Below, in pieces: positions 36,808 to 49,605 of a stretch of 64,000 bases of DNA (position 1 is its first letter; every line of letters starts with the position of its first letter). The position numbers and the translations under genes were made by a program. The DNA lies in contig OX597840.1 of NCBI GenBank assembly GCA_951406725.2, positions 35,030,001-35,094,000 of the forward strand, read 5' to 3'. Below the pieces are notes generated by a model that was given only the letters and a program-made list of their open reading frames with translations, was not told the DNA's origin and did no database searches. The stretch is from Octopus vulgaris (taxonomy: Eukaryota).

Positions 36808-37811
36808 GCGAAGGAATTTAACAGAGTATCTTCTATGTGACATTGTCAACACCCCAGGATGTCTACAATATATTCTTTCATCTTTCCCCCTCATTCCTTT
36901 TCCCCCCCGTTTCATTCCCCACTTACAGTACTTGTTTTTTGTTTTTTTAAATTTTTTTTATGTTTCATTCTTTCCTTTTCTTTCATTTCATTGTTTGGTT
37001 TTCTTTCAGTCAATTTGTGGCTGCATTCATTCCCTCTTTCGTTCGTTCGTTCGTTCCTTTCATTCCTCAGTATTTTTTTTCTTCTCTTTTTGTTTTTCTT
37101 GTTTTTCCTCCTCCTCCCCCTCTCCCTTCCTCCTCCTCCTCCTCTTCCCCCCCCGCTTCATAATTCATCAACCATTCTCTCTCATTTTCTCTTTCTCATT
37201 GTTTTATCTCATCCTTTATTCACCAGCCTCCTTTTTTTAACCCCCCCTCTTACCCCTCTACCACCACCACCATCGCCGCCGCCACCGCCACCACCACCAC
37301 CACCTTCCTCCCCACCAATCTAGTACCTCTCCCACCGCTTTGCTCGTCCACCTCCACCATCATCTCTAACCTCTACCCCTCCCACCGTCTCCCATCATCA
37401 ACCTCACCTCTCACCACCACCACCACCAACCTCTCCCCGCCGCTCTCTCTCCCCCCTCCCCACCACCACCACCACCACGCGCATGCATCATTCGCGCGCG
37501 CCCGCGCACTCATGCTTTATTCATCATCATCGTCTCCCCCCCCCCGTTCATCTTCCTAGATTCCTCGCCCACCTCTCCTCCTCTTCCTCGAGGTCTGTCC
37601 TCATTGGACTGTTGCACTGCCTGTTTAAGCTATATGGATTATGGGAGGGAGGGGGAGAGGGGGGAGAGAGGATGTGTGAGGGTGGTGGTGGTGGTGTGTG
37701 TGTGGGGGGAGGAGGCGTTGTAGCAGCCATGCTGGGAAGGTTGGCTTCAAAGATATCATAATGTTAGCAAAGTTATCTAATGTGTGTATGCATGCATGTG
37801 TGTATGGATTG

Positions 37812-37848
<37 letters not shown>

Positions 37849-38832
37849 TATATGTATGTGTATGTATTTGTGTGTGTGTAGATGTGCGTGTGTGTCTATA
37901 TGTATGTATGTGTGTGTGTATGTATTGTGTGTATATATGTATGTATGTGTATGAGTATGTGTGTATGTGTATATGTGTGTATATATGTGTATGAGTATGT
38001 GTGTATATGTATGATCTCGTGTGTGTGTGTGTGTCTATATGTATGTGTGCATTTGTGTGTGTATGTATTGTGTGTGTATATGTGTCCGTTTATGTGTGTG
38101 TGTATTGTGTGTATATGTATATGTGTGTATGTGTATATATGTATGTGTCTGTGTATGTGTGTGTATTTGTGTGTGCTTGTATTGTGTGTGTGTATGTGTG
38201 TATATGTATATAAATATGTATTGTATGAATGTGTGTACACACACACACACACACACACACACACTCGTGCAAGTCCTTTTGTTTCCATGGCATAATTATC
38301 TTTGACTTCAGAACATTTTCCTCTTTCACCCATTCCACTCTTTCTTACAACTTGGAATATTTTGTGGCACAGACTCTCAATGTTGGTTCCACACACTGAA
38401 GAAGAAAGCCCTTCAATGAAAACGGCCATCATGGGCCCCTCTTTCAGACCCTGCACTTACTTAGCTTTCATAGCAAATTAATAAATTGTTTTATTCTTTT
38501 TTTGTTTTATATTTTGAGACGATTTACAATTTATTCAATATTCCGGGACTTTCAGATAGATCAAAGGGAATCGAATATGCCATCGATCTTGTGATCTATG
38601 CACTCATGTATATGAAAAATAATTATTGGTGTTAGGTGTGGCTGTGCGGTAAGCAGTTTGCTTCCAGACCACATGGTTCTGGGTTCAGTCCCACTGTGTG
38701 GCACCTTGGGTCGATCAAAGCCTTGTAAGTGAATTTGGTAGATAGAAACTGAAGGAAGTCCATTATATCACACACTCACATACACATCTGTCTGTCTGTT
38801 TGTCTGTCAATCTATACATACAGCCATATATG

Positions 38833-38877
<45 letters not shown>

Positions 38878-38986
38878 GGTTCAGTCCCACTGCAAGGCAC
38901 CTTGGGCAAGTGTCCTCTACCATAGCCTTAGGCTGACCAAAGCTTTGTGAGTGGATTTGGTAGACAGAAACTGAAAGAAGCCTGTC

Positions 38987-39029
<43 letters not shown>

Positions 39030-39211
39030 TGTATATCGTTGGCGATTTTCTTTCTTCCCTTCTTTGAACTTTTTCTATATTTCTGATGAAGAGTTCCGCT
39101 CAAAACATGAAATCCTCTTTCTTTTCTTTCCTTTCCTGTGCGTCCAATAACACTGTACTCGTTCCAATTCCTCGTGTTGTTGTTTTTTCTTGCTTGTTCA
39201 TATTTGGATTG

Positions 39212-39243
<32 letters not shown>

Positions 39244-39465
39244 AGTAACGTATATGTGTATGTTTGTGTGTCTGTGTTTGTCCCTCCACCATCGCTTGAC
39301 AACCGATGCTGGTGTGTTTACGTCCCTGTAACTTAGCGGTTCGGCAAGAGAAAACTGATAGAATAAGTACTGGGCTTACAAAGAATAAGTCCTGTGGTTG
39401 ATTTGTTCGACTAAGAGACAGTGCTCCAGCATGGCCGCAGTCAAATGACTGAAACAAATAAAAGA

Positions 39466-39518
<53 letters not shown>

Positions 39519-39928
39519 CGACCAACACAAATGTGTGTGTGTGTCTATGTGTCTGTATTTGTCCCCCACCATCACCGTTTGACAACCAGTGTTGGTGTGT
39601 TTACATCCCTGTAACTTAGCAGTTCAGCAAACGACACCAATAAACTAAGTACCAGGCTTAAAAGAACAGCAAGTATTGGGGTTTTATTCGATTGTCTAAA
39701 AATTCTTCAAGGCAGTGCTCCAGCATGGCCACAATCTAATGATTGAAACAAATAACAAATAACGGGGATCTGGGAAGCCAGAAGGAGCCTGGTGCAGCCT
39801 CCTGGCTTCCCAGATCCCCGGTCGAACCGTCCAACCATTGCTAGCATGGAGAACGGATGTTAAACGATGATGATGATGATACTCAATAATGTATGATAAT
39901 GTAATATTTATATTCAGGCTCCATCCCT

Positions 39929-40200
39929 TTAGAAGTAATCCCCTTTGGAGAATGTGTTCCGATCCCCTAAGTGCCTTCCACTCCTTGAAAGCACTAGAAA
40001 GCCCTCTTCCCAAATGTTATCTAATATCACTGGCAATTCTGGTTGGGCTTCAGATACTGTGCTGAAGGGGTTCCTCTTTGGTTTCACTTTGGAGAAAGAT
40101 GGTAAATTCCCAGGGGTATAGACTGAGTGAATAGGGAGAGGATAGGAAACAATTCCCGTTTTGTTCCTTGTCAAAGACTTTGCAGGAATGCAGCAACGCT
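39929..40200 (-). pseudogene. Decayed mariner transposase C-terminal fragment
   Basis: Across frames it reads ...LPSFSKVKPKRNPFSTVSEAQ...LDNI.EE / SSAFKEWK / SKGDYF. This resembles the mariner end LFPKLK...F.T..E.Q...AF..WK.RW..C....GDYFE. Confidence 0.6.
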
Positions 40201-42213
40201 TATTCAGATTTCCCAGAGAATCTCCAGACAAGCTCTGTAACTGATTCCAATCACTTGAGAGATTTGGCTTCTTGTCTGTCAATGGTCTTCATGCAAGAAT
40301 TCACAATTTTTTTCCACATTTTCCCTACCACGTGCTGGTGTGAATAGGTGCAGGATTAGCTGTTCAGTTAAGAAAACTGTTTCGCAGCCACATGGTTTCA
40401 GGTTCTGTCCTATTGCATAGCATTTTGGGCAAGCGTTGTTCCCCTATAACCTTGGGCTGACCAAAGCCTTGTGAGTGGATTTCGTTGGTGGAAACTGTAA
40501 AGAAGCCTGTTGTGTTTGTGTGTTTCTCCTTGTCTCGACATCATCATCATTGTTTAATGTCCGCCTTCCATGCTGGCATGGGGTTGGATGGTTTGACAGG
40601 AGCCAGCCAGGCAGAAGCTGGCACCAGACTTCTGTGTCTGTTTTTGGTAATATTTTTATGGCTGGATGCCCTTCCTAATACCAACCATCCAGCAGAATGG
40701 ACTGAGTGCTTTTTATGTGGCACAAGCACAAGCGAGGTCAGTTTTGGCATGGTTTTTACAGCTGGATTCCCTTCCAAATGCCAACCAGTTTACAGTGTGG
40801 CCTTGACTTGCCAGCGCCACCTTGACTGGCTTCCGTGCTGGTGGAATGTAAAAAGCACCAACTGTTCGTGTCCGTTGCCAGCCTCCACTGGCACCTGTGC
40901 CGGTGGCACATAAAAAGCATCCACTACACTCACGGAGTGGTTAGTGTTAGGAAGGGCATCCAGCTGTAGAAACACTGCCAGATCAGACTGGAGCCTGGTG
41001 CAGCCTCCTGGCTTCCCAGACCCCAGTTGAACCGTCCAACCCATGCTAGTGTGGAAAGCGGACGTTAAACGATGATGATGATGATGATGAGTATTACTCT
41101 CGTTGCCATTCTTTTCTAATCTTTCATGAAAACATGTCTGGCCATAGGAAAATACAACCTTTGCTGGAAACAGGTGAGGGTTAGTGACAGGAAGGGTATC
41201 CAGCTGTAGAGATTTTGCCTCAAAGAATTCCATCTGCCGCCCCTCCCCCATACAAGAATGAAAGCAAGGGAGTCTGATTTTAGTACCAGGGTGGGACAAC
41301 TCCAGACATGTTTCAGCCTTATTCATTCTCTTCGGTGAAGTGTAATTTTCACTTCTGGCCTAATGCACAGCCTCCTCACCACTGCCACACACGCATGTAT
41401 GTATTCACATCCAGTTTGTTGATAGTGACTTTGCTGTTTTGGTTTTACGCAGACTGCACCCCTGGTTATCTCTCCACTCCTCACCCACACGGTTCTTCTC
41501 TTATATCCACTTCCACTGTTGCCAGTGATGTAATATTTAAAAGACAGCATCCACAGACTCTCTTCACGTAGTTATCCCCCCCCCCCCACCATCTCAACCA
41601 TCTATTCTCAGGGTTACCTTAAAAGCACTGGCTGAACACTCTCACCTCCCCTCTCTCAGGCTGTCTCTCCCATTCTTTCTTTCTTCCTCTCTCCTCCCCT
41701 CCCTTCTCGCCCTCTTATCAGTCTTGCTCTTTCTCTCCCTCCCACTCTTTCTCTCCCTCTCACTCTTTCTCTCTCCTTCCCATTCTGTCTTCTCTCTCTT
41801 TGTTTCTCTTCCTCTCTCTTTGCCTCTTCTCACTCTCTCTCTCTCCCCCTCTTTTCATCTTCCCCCTCTACCTTTCTTCCTCCCTCTCCCTCCCACTCTT
41901 TCCCTCCCCCTCCCACTCTTTCTCTCTCTCTCTCTCTCGCTCTCCTTCCCACTCTGTCTCCCCTCCTTTTACCCCCCCCTACCTTTCTTCCTCTCTGCCT
42001 GCCCCAAGCATTGGGTCAGTTCTGAAATGTCAGTAATCTCTTCTCACCATAGCATTATGAACTTAACCAAATTCACAAAACTTTACTTGTGCGCTTGGGT
42101 GTGTGCATGCGTAAGACTGTGTGTTAGTATACGTGTGTGTGTGTACATCTATGTATGGGTGTGTATATGTGCATATATATTCGTTTATGCATGTGTATAG
42201 GTGTGTCTGTATG

Positions 42214-42254
<41 letters not shown>

Positions 42255-42550
42255 GTATATATAACTCCAAGAAAGTTAGGGGTTGTGGGTCCAACCCACT
42301 AAGGGATAATATCTATCCAATATACTGCTGGTAGAATACCCAATTATTAGTACAGAAGTGTTTTTTATTGCATTGCAATTACATTGGTATTTTCTGAGAT
42401 TTTGGGGGACTTGGTATTTTAAGAAACCTCAAATTGACCCTTTTTTGTTACCAGATCTATTTTGAAATATGCTGCTTTTGTTTTATTTAATTTTGAAAAT
42501 AAGGAGTTCATTTTAAAATAGTGAATTTTCATCATAGAATGAAGAGTAAT

Positions 42551-42742
42551 ACTCTTTACTCTTTTACTTGCTTCCGTCAATTGACTGCGGCCATGCTGGA
42601 GCACCACCTTTAATCGAGCAACTCGACCCTGGGACTTATTCTTTGTAAGCCCAGTACTTATTCTATCGGTCTCTTTTGCCGAACCGCTAAGTGACGGGGA
42701 CATAAACACACCAGCATCGGTTGTCAAGCGATGTTGGGGAGA

Positions 42743-42782
<40 letters not shown>

Positions 42783-42963
42783 CACACACACATATACGAC
42801 GGGCTTCTTTCAGTTTCCGTCTACCAAATCCACTCACAAGGCTTTGGTCGGCCTGAGGCTATAGTAGAAAACACACTTGCCAAAGGTGCCACGCACTGGG
42901 ACTGAACCCGGAACCTTTGTGGTTGGTAAGCAAGCTACTTACCACACAGCCACTCCTGTGCCT
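42551..42963 (-). mobile_element. SINE family A full-length copy
   Basis: Matches the family on the minus strand. Confidence 0.9.
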
Positions 42964-43419
42964 ACTGTTAGGGATTTTCATATCAAGGGGGTTCAAACTG
43001 AAAATAAACAGGGATAGAAGACTGATCAAATTCCCTCCATTCAAACTCTTTCTTTCTTTTTCTGTACCAAAGGGATACCGAAACGATGTAATATAATTTT
43101 ATTTTGAAATCTTGGTAATTATTTCACAACCCTGAGAACCTGAGAGATCCATGTTTTAAGTTATATAATTGAGAACTTAGCAGGAGGGGGAACTGCGTCG
43201 CCTAGTTGACCCTGTTCTTTTGAAGACTATCTGAGGACTTAGTTGTGCATTTCTGAAAGCATCAGGTCATAATAGTAATAATAGTAATAATAATAATAAT
43301 AATAATAGGGTAATATTCTAAAGAGGTGTTGTCTTTTGGTGTGTAGTAAAGGATGAGAAAGGTTGTTGATATTTAAGAAAAAAGGAGTGTACCTAAAATA
43401 GTGTCTTAAAAACTATGTA

Positions 43420-43569
43420 TAAGTGTGTGTGTGTATGTATATATATATATATGTATATGTGTGTGTGTGTATGTATATATATGTATCTGTGTGTGTGTGT
43501 GTGTATGTATGTGTGTGTGTGTGTATGTATATGTATATGTGTGTGTGTGTGTATATATATATATGTATA

Positions 43570-43608
<39 letters not shown>

Positions 43609-43793
43609 GTATGTGTGTATATATATGTGTGTGTGTGTGTGTGTATGTATATATATGTATATGTGTGTGTATGTATGTGTGTGTGTGTGTGTGTATATAT
43701 GTGTGTGTGTGTGTGTATGTATATGTGTGTGTGTGTGTGTGTATGTATATATATGTATATGTGTGTGTGTGTATATATATATATATATGTATA

Positions 43794-43830
<37 letters not shown>

Positions 43831-43849
43831 CTGTATGTGTGTATATATA

Positions 43850-43890
<41 letters not shown>

Positions 43891-44112
43891 CTGTATGTGT
43901 GTATATATATGTGTGTGTGTGTGTGTATATATATGTGTGTGTGTGTGTGTGTGTATATATATGTGTGTGTGTGTGTGTGTATATATATGTGTGTGTGTGT
44001 GTGTATATATATATGTGTGTGTGTGTGTGTATATATATATGTGTATCTCTGTGTGTATGTATGTATATATTTGTGTGTGTGTGTGTATGTGTGTATCTGT
44101 GTGTGTGTATAT
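43420..44112. repeat. Compound (TG)n/(TA)n microsatellite
   Basis: Alternating TG and TA tracts, which generate the spurious ORFs here. Confidence 0.95.
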
Positions 44113-44274
44113 CTGAAGCAGACTGGTTGCTAAGGCATGCTACTTTCCTTCCCCACACAACAACCTTTCCCTTTCCTCACTTTTTCACATGTCCTGATGA
44201 AGGGGTCATAGCCCTAGTTTTGCTTTCCCATTCATAGTTTACATCTTTAATTTGTCTGGCCTTATCCAACAAGT

Positions 44275-44318
<44 letters not shown>

Positions 44319-44342
44319 TCCTCCTACCATTGCTTAATAACT

Positions 44343-44450
44343 GAGCTCAGCATGGACGGAAACCACACGTCGAGCAAAAGGGCAAAAAGCTTGCTTGCTC
44401 TCGATTTTCAGTACGAATACGGACCGCGAAAGCGTGGCCCATCGATCCTT
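44343..44450 (+). pseudogene. 28S rRNA fragment (LSU domain V region) inside a SINE A copy
   Basis: GAGCTCAG..GGAC.GAAACC...GAGCAAAAGGGCAAAAAGCTTGCTTG.TCT.GATTTTCAGTACGAATAC.GACCG.GAAAGCG.GGCC....GATCCTT closely follows the conserved eukaryotic 28S sequence. Confidence 0.9.
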
Positions 44451-44603
44451 TCCTAACGGTTTGGCAAAAGAGACCGACAGAATAAGCACTAGGCTTACAA
44501 AGAATAAGTCCTGGGGGTTGATTTGCTCGACTAAAGGCGGTGCTCCAGCACGGCCGCAGTCAAAACGACTGAAACAGATAAAAGAAAAAAAAAGGAAGAA
44601 AAT

Positions 44604-44766
44604 AGGCGCAGGAGTGGCTGTGTGGTAAGTAGCTTGCTTACCAACCACATGGTTCCGGGTTCAGTCCCACTGTGTGGCACCTTGGGCAAGTGTCTTCTAC
44701 TATAGCCCCGGGCTGACCAATGCCTTGTGAGTGGATTTGGTAGATGGAAACTGAAAGAAGCCTGTC

Positions 44767-44801
<35 letters not shown>

Positions 44802-45032
44802 TGTGTGTGTGTATGTTTGTGTGTCTGTGTTTGTCCCCCTAGCATTGCTTGACAACCAATGCTGGTGTGTTTACATCCCCGTTACTTACCGGTTCAGCAA
44901 AAGAGACCGATAGAATAAGTACTAGGCTTACAAAGAATAAGTCCCGGGGTCGATTTGCTCGACTAAAGGTGGTGCTCCAGCATGGCCGCAGTCAAATGAC
45001 TGAAACAAGTAAAAGAGTAAGAGAGTAAGAGT
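44604..45032 (+). mobile_element. SINE family A full-length copy
   Basis: Matches the family. It lies directly downstream of the 28S-containing copy. Confidence 0.9.
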
Positions 45033-45296
45033 AAAATAATAAAAGAATAGTATTTTGCAGCGAGAATATATTTTAAGCAAATTAACGTGTTGAAATATTA
45101 AATATGGGCATGGCATTGCACTCCTCACAATTCCTGCTAACGGCCATTGTGTGGTAACTGGAAAGCCTTTGAATTTGTGTATGCGTGAGTGTGTGTGTGT
45201 GTGTGTGTTTGTTTGTGTGAGTGTGTGTGTGTTTGTTGTAAGCTGATGAATAATTAAGCAAAGTATTTGATGACACCGAATATATTTATTTATGTA

Positions 45297-45681
45297 CTAG
45301 CAGTATCGCCCGGCGTTGCACAGGTTTGTAAGGGAAATAACTATAAAGCATTTTTAGAGAGTTATAGCCAAAAAATAGCAAAAAAATGGAAAAAAAATTA
45401 TGGTAAATTTTTTTTTGAGAGTTAAAAAGGTCGAGTTGCGTCCCCTAGACAGTCTGTGGTTTGTGTTTCTGATTCTCGACCCCATGTCGAATTTAACGAT
45501 TTTTTTCAGAACTGGGGGAACTTTTCAAAATTTTCGCTGCGTTAGTTTTGAATTATGACATTGGGCTATGTGTGTGTCAAGTTTCATCAGAATCGGTTGA
45601 AAGCAGTGGTCAGGGTGAGGGTACAACCAAACAGACACACAGAAACACACACAGACAAACTGCCGTTTATATATAGAGAGA
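45297..45681 (-). mobile_element. Non-autonomous Helitron
   Basis: The minus strand reads A|TC...CCGGGCGATACTGCTAG|T: 5' TC, 3' CTAG, a subterminal GC-rich imperfect hairpin, an AT target and no TSD. Confidence 0.8.
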
Positions 45682-46023
45682 TTACTGCTAGATATATTAG
45701 ACATTTCCATCAAGAATTATTTTCTCGCTTTGCACGAGCGATAATGAAAATATCGATTACTTTTTTAGCAGTCAAACATAAGGCCACGGTTCTTGTTCGG
45801 GAATTGCATATCCAGCTGGTGGTGGTGGTGGCGGCGGCGGCGGTGGTGGTGGTTGTAGGGTGTGTGCGAGAGGTTTCTGGTTGATTGCTTCCATTTCTGT
45901 TCTCTGTTAGTCACCGTTTTCTCATCTGATCTCTTCCATTCTGAAACTCTCTGTAGAGACACAAAAAAGTTCACGCAGGCACACAGGCACGGCTGTGTGA
46001 CTAAGCTCACTTTACAAACCTGT

Positions 46024-46073
<50 letters not shown>

Positions 46074-46097
46074 CGCAGGAGGTGTATATATATATAT

Positions 46098-46857
46098 AGG
46101 CGCAGGAGTGGCTGTGTGGTAAGTAGCTTGTTTACCAATCACATGGTTCCGGGTTCAGTCCCAATGCGTGGCACCTTGGGCAAGTGTCTTCTACTATGGC
46201 CTCGGGTCGACCAAAGCCTTGTGAGTGGATTTGGTAGACGGAAACTGAAAAGAAGCCTGTCGTATATATGTATATATATATATATATATATGTGCGTGTG
46301 TGTGTTTGTATGTCTGTGTTTGTCCTCCTAGCATTGCTTGACAACCGATGCTGGTGTGTTTATGTCCCCGTTACTTAGCGGTTCGGCAAAAGAGACTGAT
46401 AGAATAAGTACTGGGCTTACAAAAGAATAAGTCCCAGGGTCGAGTTGCTCGATTAAAGGCGGTGCTCCAGCGTGGCCGCAGTCAAATGACTGAAACAAGT
46501 AAAAGAGTAAAAAGAGTATATATCATCATCATCTTTGTAAGCCCAGTACTTATTCTATCGGTCTCTTTTGCCGAACCGCTAAGTTACGGTGACGTAAACA
46601 CACCAGCATCAGTTGTCAAGTGATGTTGGTTGTACAAACACACACACACAAACATATACACACACACACACACATATATACATATATATACAACGGGCTT
46701 CTTTCAGTTTCCGTCTACCAAATCCACTCACAAGGCTTTGGTTGGTCCAAGGCTATAGTAGAAGACACTTGCCCAAGGTGCCATGCTGTGGGACTGAACC
46801 CGGAACTTTGTGGTTGGCAAACAAGCTACTTACCACTCACGGCCACTCCTATGCCTA
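46098..46857. mobile_element. Inverted tail-to-tail pair of SINE A copies
   Basis: Plus copy at 46098-46516 and minus copy at ~46532-46857. Confidence 0.85.
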
Positions 46858-47864
46858 TAGGCCACTCCTCCACCTACAATGTAAATAAACATTGCATTTG
46901 ACAGGTTAATCCGAAAGCTAAAGGGTTAAATCAATCCTTTCTCACCTTTAAATTTCTTGCTGTAATATCAATGCTACTACGAAACAGCTGTTGTCATTTT
47001 TGTTTTTATTGTTAAATACCAGGTCAGTGCAAATCGAACAGACTTATAATCAAAGGCATTTCCAGCTGTGACCATCCTGTCTTCTACTCAGACATCATAG
47101 TGTATCTAGGACTACATAAGCAAATGTGTGGATTGTTTTATTTTAAAGAAAAAAAATTTTAAGATTGTGTCAGTAGGGTGAGGCGTGAGGGAGTTTTGGT
47201 ATCTATTTCTAGCTAGGTGAGCTGCCACATAGAGGCTACTTTATATTGCTGCTGCTGCTGCTACTACTATTTACTACAGCTGTGAACCAAACCACTACCA
47301 TGACCACCCCCACTACTACTACTACTGCTGCTGTGACCCACCACCACCACTACTACTACTACTACTAGTCTGAAACCCACCACCATTACTACTACTACTA
47401 CAGGTCTGAAACCCACCATCACCACTACTACTATTACTACTGTTGCTGCGGTGAATCAGCCTTCTGCTATTACTACTACTACCACTAGTACAGCAGCTTC
47501 TACTACTACTACTACTACTAGTACAGCTATGTCACCATTTTTCGGTGTATTTCAACCAGAAAAATGTTCTCTTAAAGAGAATAACAAGCTACATAATGCA
47601 AAATTTTTACTTTTCAAAAATTCCAATTCTAAAGGGTCGAAACAAACCCGAGCTATACTGCTAGTTCTATAATAAATATATATAAAGCCATCAGCACACT
47701 CTGTTAAGTGGTGGGCATCAGGAAGGGCATCCATCCTTGGAAACCATACTACAAGAGACAGTTGGAGTCTGGACATCTCTCGGGTAGCCAGCTTCATGTC
47801 GGACTGTCCAACCCATACAAGCATCGAAAATGGACATTAAATGATGATATACATAAATATATAT

Positions 47865-48222
47865 ATGATGGACTCACTTGTCAGTTTTGACATGTGAAGC
47901 TCCGATAACCGACACATTCTTCGTCAACCACAATGCTTATGTCAAACGTGTCATTCGCGCCTGCCAACAATTTGCAGAAAAGCCTGCAGATGTTGCCAGT
48001 ACGAGTAAGGACTACGGGGTCAGTGCAGACAGTATATTTGCAGCTGTTTCTCTCCTTCGCCTCGTACCCCCTTAACCTGTGTTGGTCACGAGTTGAAGCG
48101 AGGTTTCTTACACCATTTTGACGTGGTGGTGATGACCTCCATTTTGTTCTTCTCAAGGCTGTTTGCTCAAAAGTGTTGCGAGCTACGTTGATTGTTGAGA
48201 AGTCAATCTTCAGCTTGTCCTT
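47865..48222 (-). mobile_element. RTE-clade LINE 3' coding remnant
   Basis: Encodes [30 protein letters not shown]...GVRNL...ICRLFCK. This fits the RTE ORF end KD.LK......WE..A.DR..WR.....G...C..C. Confidence 0.65.
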
Positions 48223-48529
48223 ATACCTGTGTGTATGTGTGCATACTTACATGCATATATACATATATATATATATATGTATATATATATGTATGTATAT
48301 ATGTATGTATGTATATATGTATGTATGTATATATGTATGTATGTATATATGTTTGTATATATATATGTATGTATATATATATGTATTTATATATATATAT
48401 GCATATAGACATGTTTGTTGTGCAAGATTTTCTATGTGAAGTTGTGTGTTGAAACAGATATTGTTTTATTTCGGAATGGTCATTTTGCCAGTTTAGCCAA
48501 TAAAAACACATATTTTATTATGTTTTCAG

Positions 48530-48565
<36 letters not shown>

Positions 48566-48720
48566 TAGTATTGTTGTTATACATACATACATACAATCAT
48601 ATGTAATAATAATAATAATAATAATATGATAATAATAATAAGTGGATGTAAACATATGAACAAAATAAGAATAAACAAAAACAAATTACATGAACATATA
48701 TAAACAGAAGTTTATATATA

Positions 48721-48776
<56 letters not shown>

Positions 48777-49128
48777 GAAAAACATTTGTTCGGCTTCCAT
48801 AAGTATATGCTAAGAAAGATACGATGATGATGATGATATAATTGAAAAAATTGTTATAGGTACAAAGTAAACAAGAAAAAAATGGAGAAAATATGTTATC
48901 AAAACTAAAATCAGAATTGAATTAAATTGAATTCAATTTTGATTTTAACGTATTTTCTCCATTTTTATACTTGCTTATGGTATCTTCTTCATACCTATAA
49001 CGAGTTTTTCCAATTGTTATTTTCTTATTCTTAATACTTGTTCTGCCTGATTTTTATAAATTTTTTTATTGGAAATTATTTTTTTCTCTCTTTTTGGATC
49101 CTTCAAAAAGTTTGAATTGTTCATTATC

Positions 49129-49187
<59 letters not shown>

Positions 49188-49198
49188 TATATATATAT

Positions 49199-49446
49199 AT
49201 TCAAACACATAAGAGATACCCCCAGGAAATAGGCTATCTGCCTCACTAGAAAGAGCAGTTAAACTCCAAGCCACTAATTGTTGTAATTCTGAAAGTGATT
49301 GACCTTGCAGGGTCTAGGATTATTAAGGTAAAAGTTTTTATTTTTCAATCACTTTTGAAATTACAACAATTAGTGGCTTGGAGTTTAACTGCTCTTTCTA
49401 GTGAGTCAGATATCCTATTTCCTGGGTATCTCTTATGTGTTTGAAT
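49199..49446. repeat. Long inverted repeat (~103-bp arms, ~42-nt spacer) next to (TA)n
   Basis: 49199-49302 is the reverse complement of 49345-49446 with few mismatches. Confidence 0.9.
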
Positions 49447-49557
49447 GTACACTGTGTTCTTCTCTGAATAATGTATAGTCTATGGACTAAATTGTTTCCT
49501 TTTCACTAGACCACTGGTAACTAAGAAGTTTTCGATGAATATTCTTGCTACCCTAAG

Positions 49558-49605
<48 letters not shown>

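Noticed and set aside
36101-36808. 235-aa repeat protein, or CRISPR array
   Set aside because: A pure 57-bp tandem repeat with no unique spacers, no splice context and no cas genes, in eukaryotic intronic DNA.
44194-44215. Hammerhead CTGATGA-AGGG...CCCT
   Set aside because: Stem II is possible but GAAA and the cleavage site are absent; at most a truncated remnant. A similarly unconvincing motif lies at ~49650-49715.
44343-44450. Functional rDNA locus
   Set aside because: Only ~108 bp, embedded in a SINE, with no flanking rRNA sequence.
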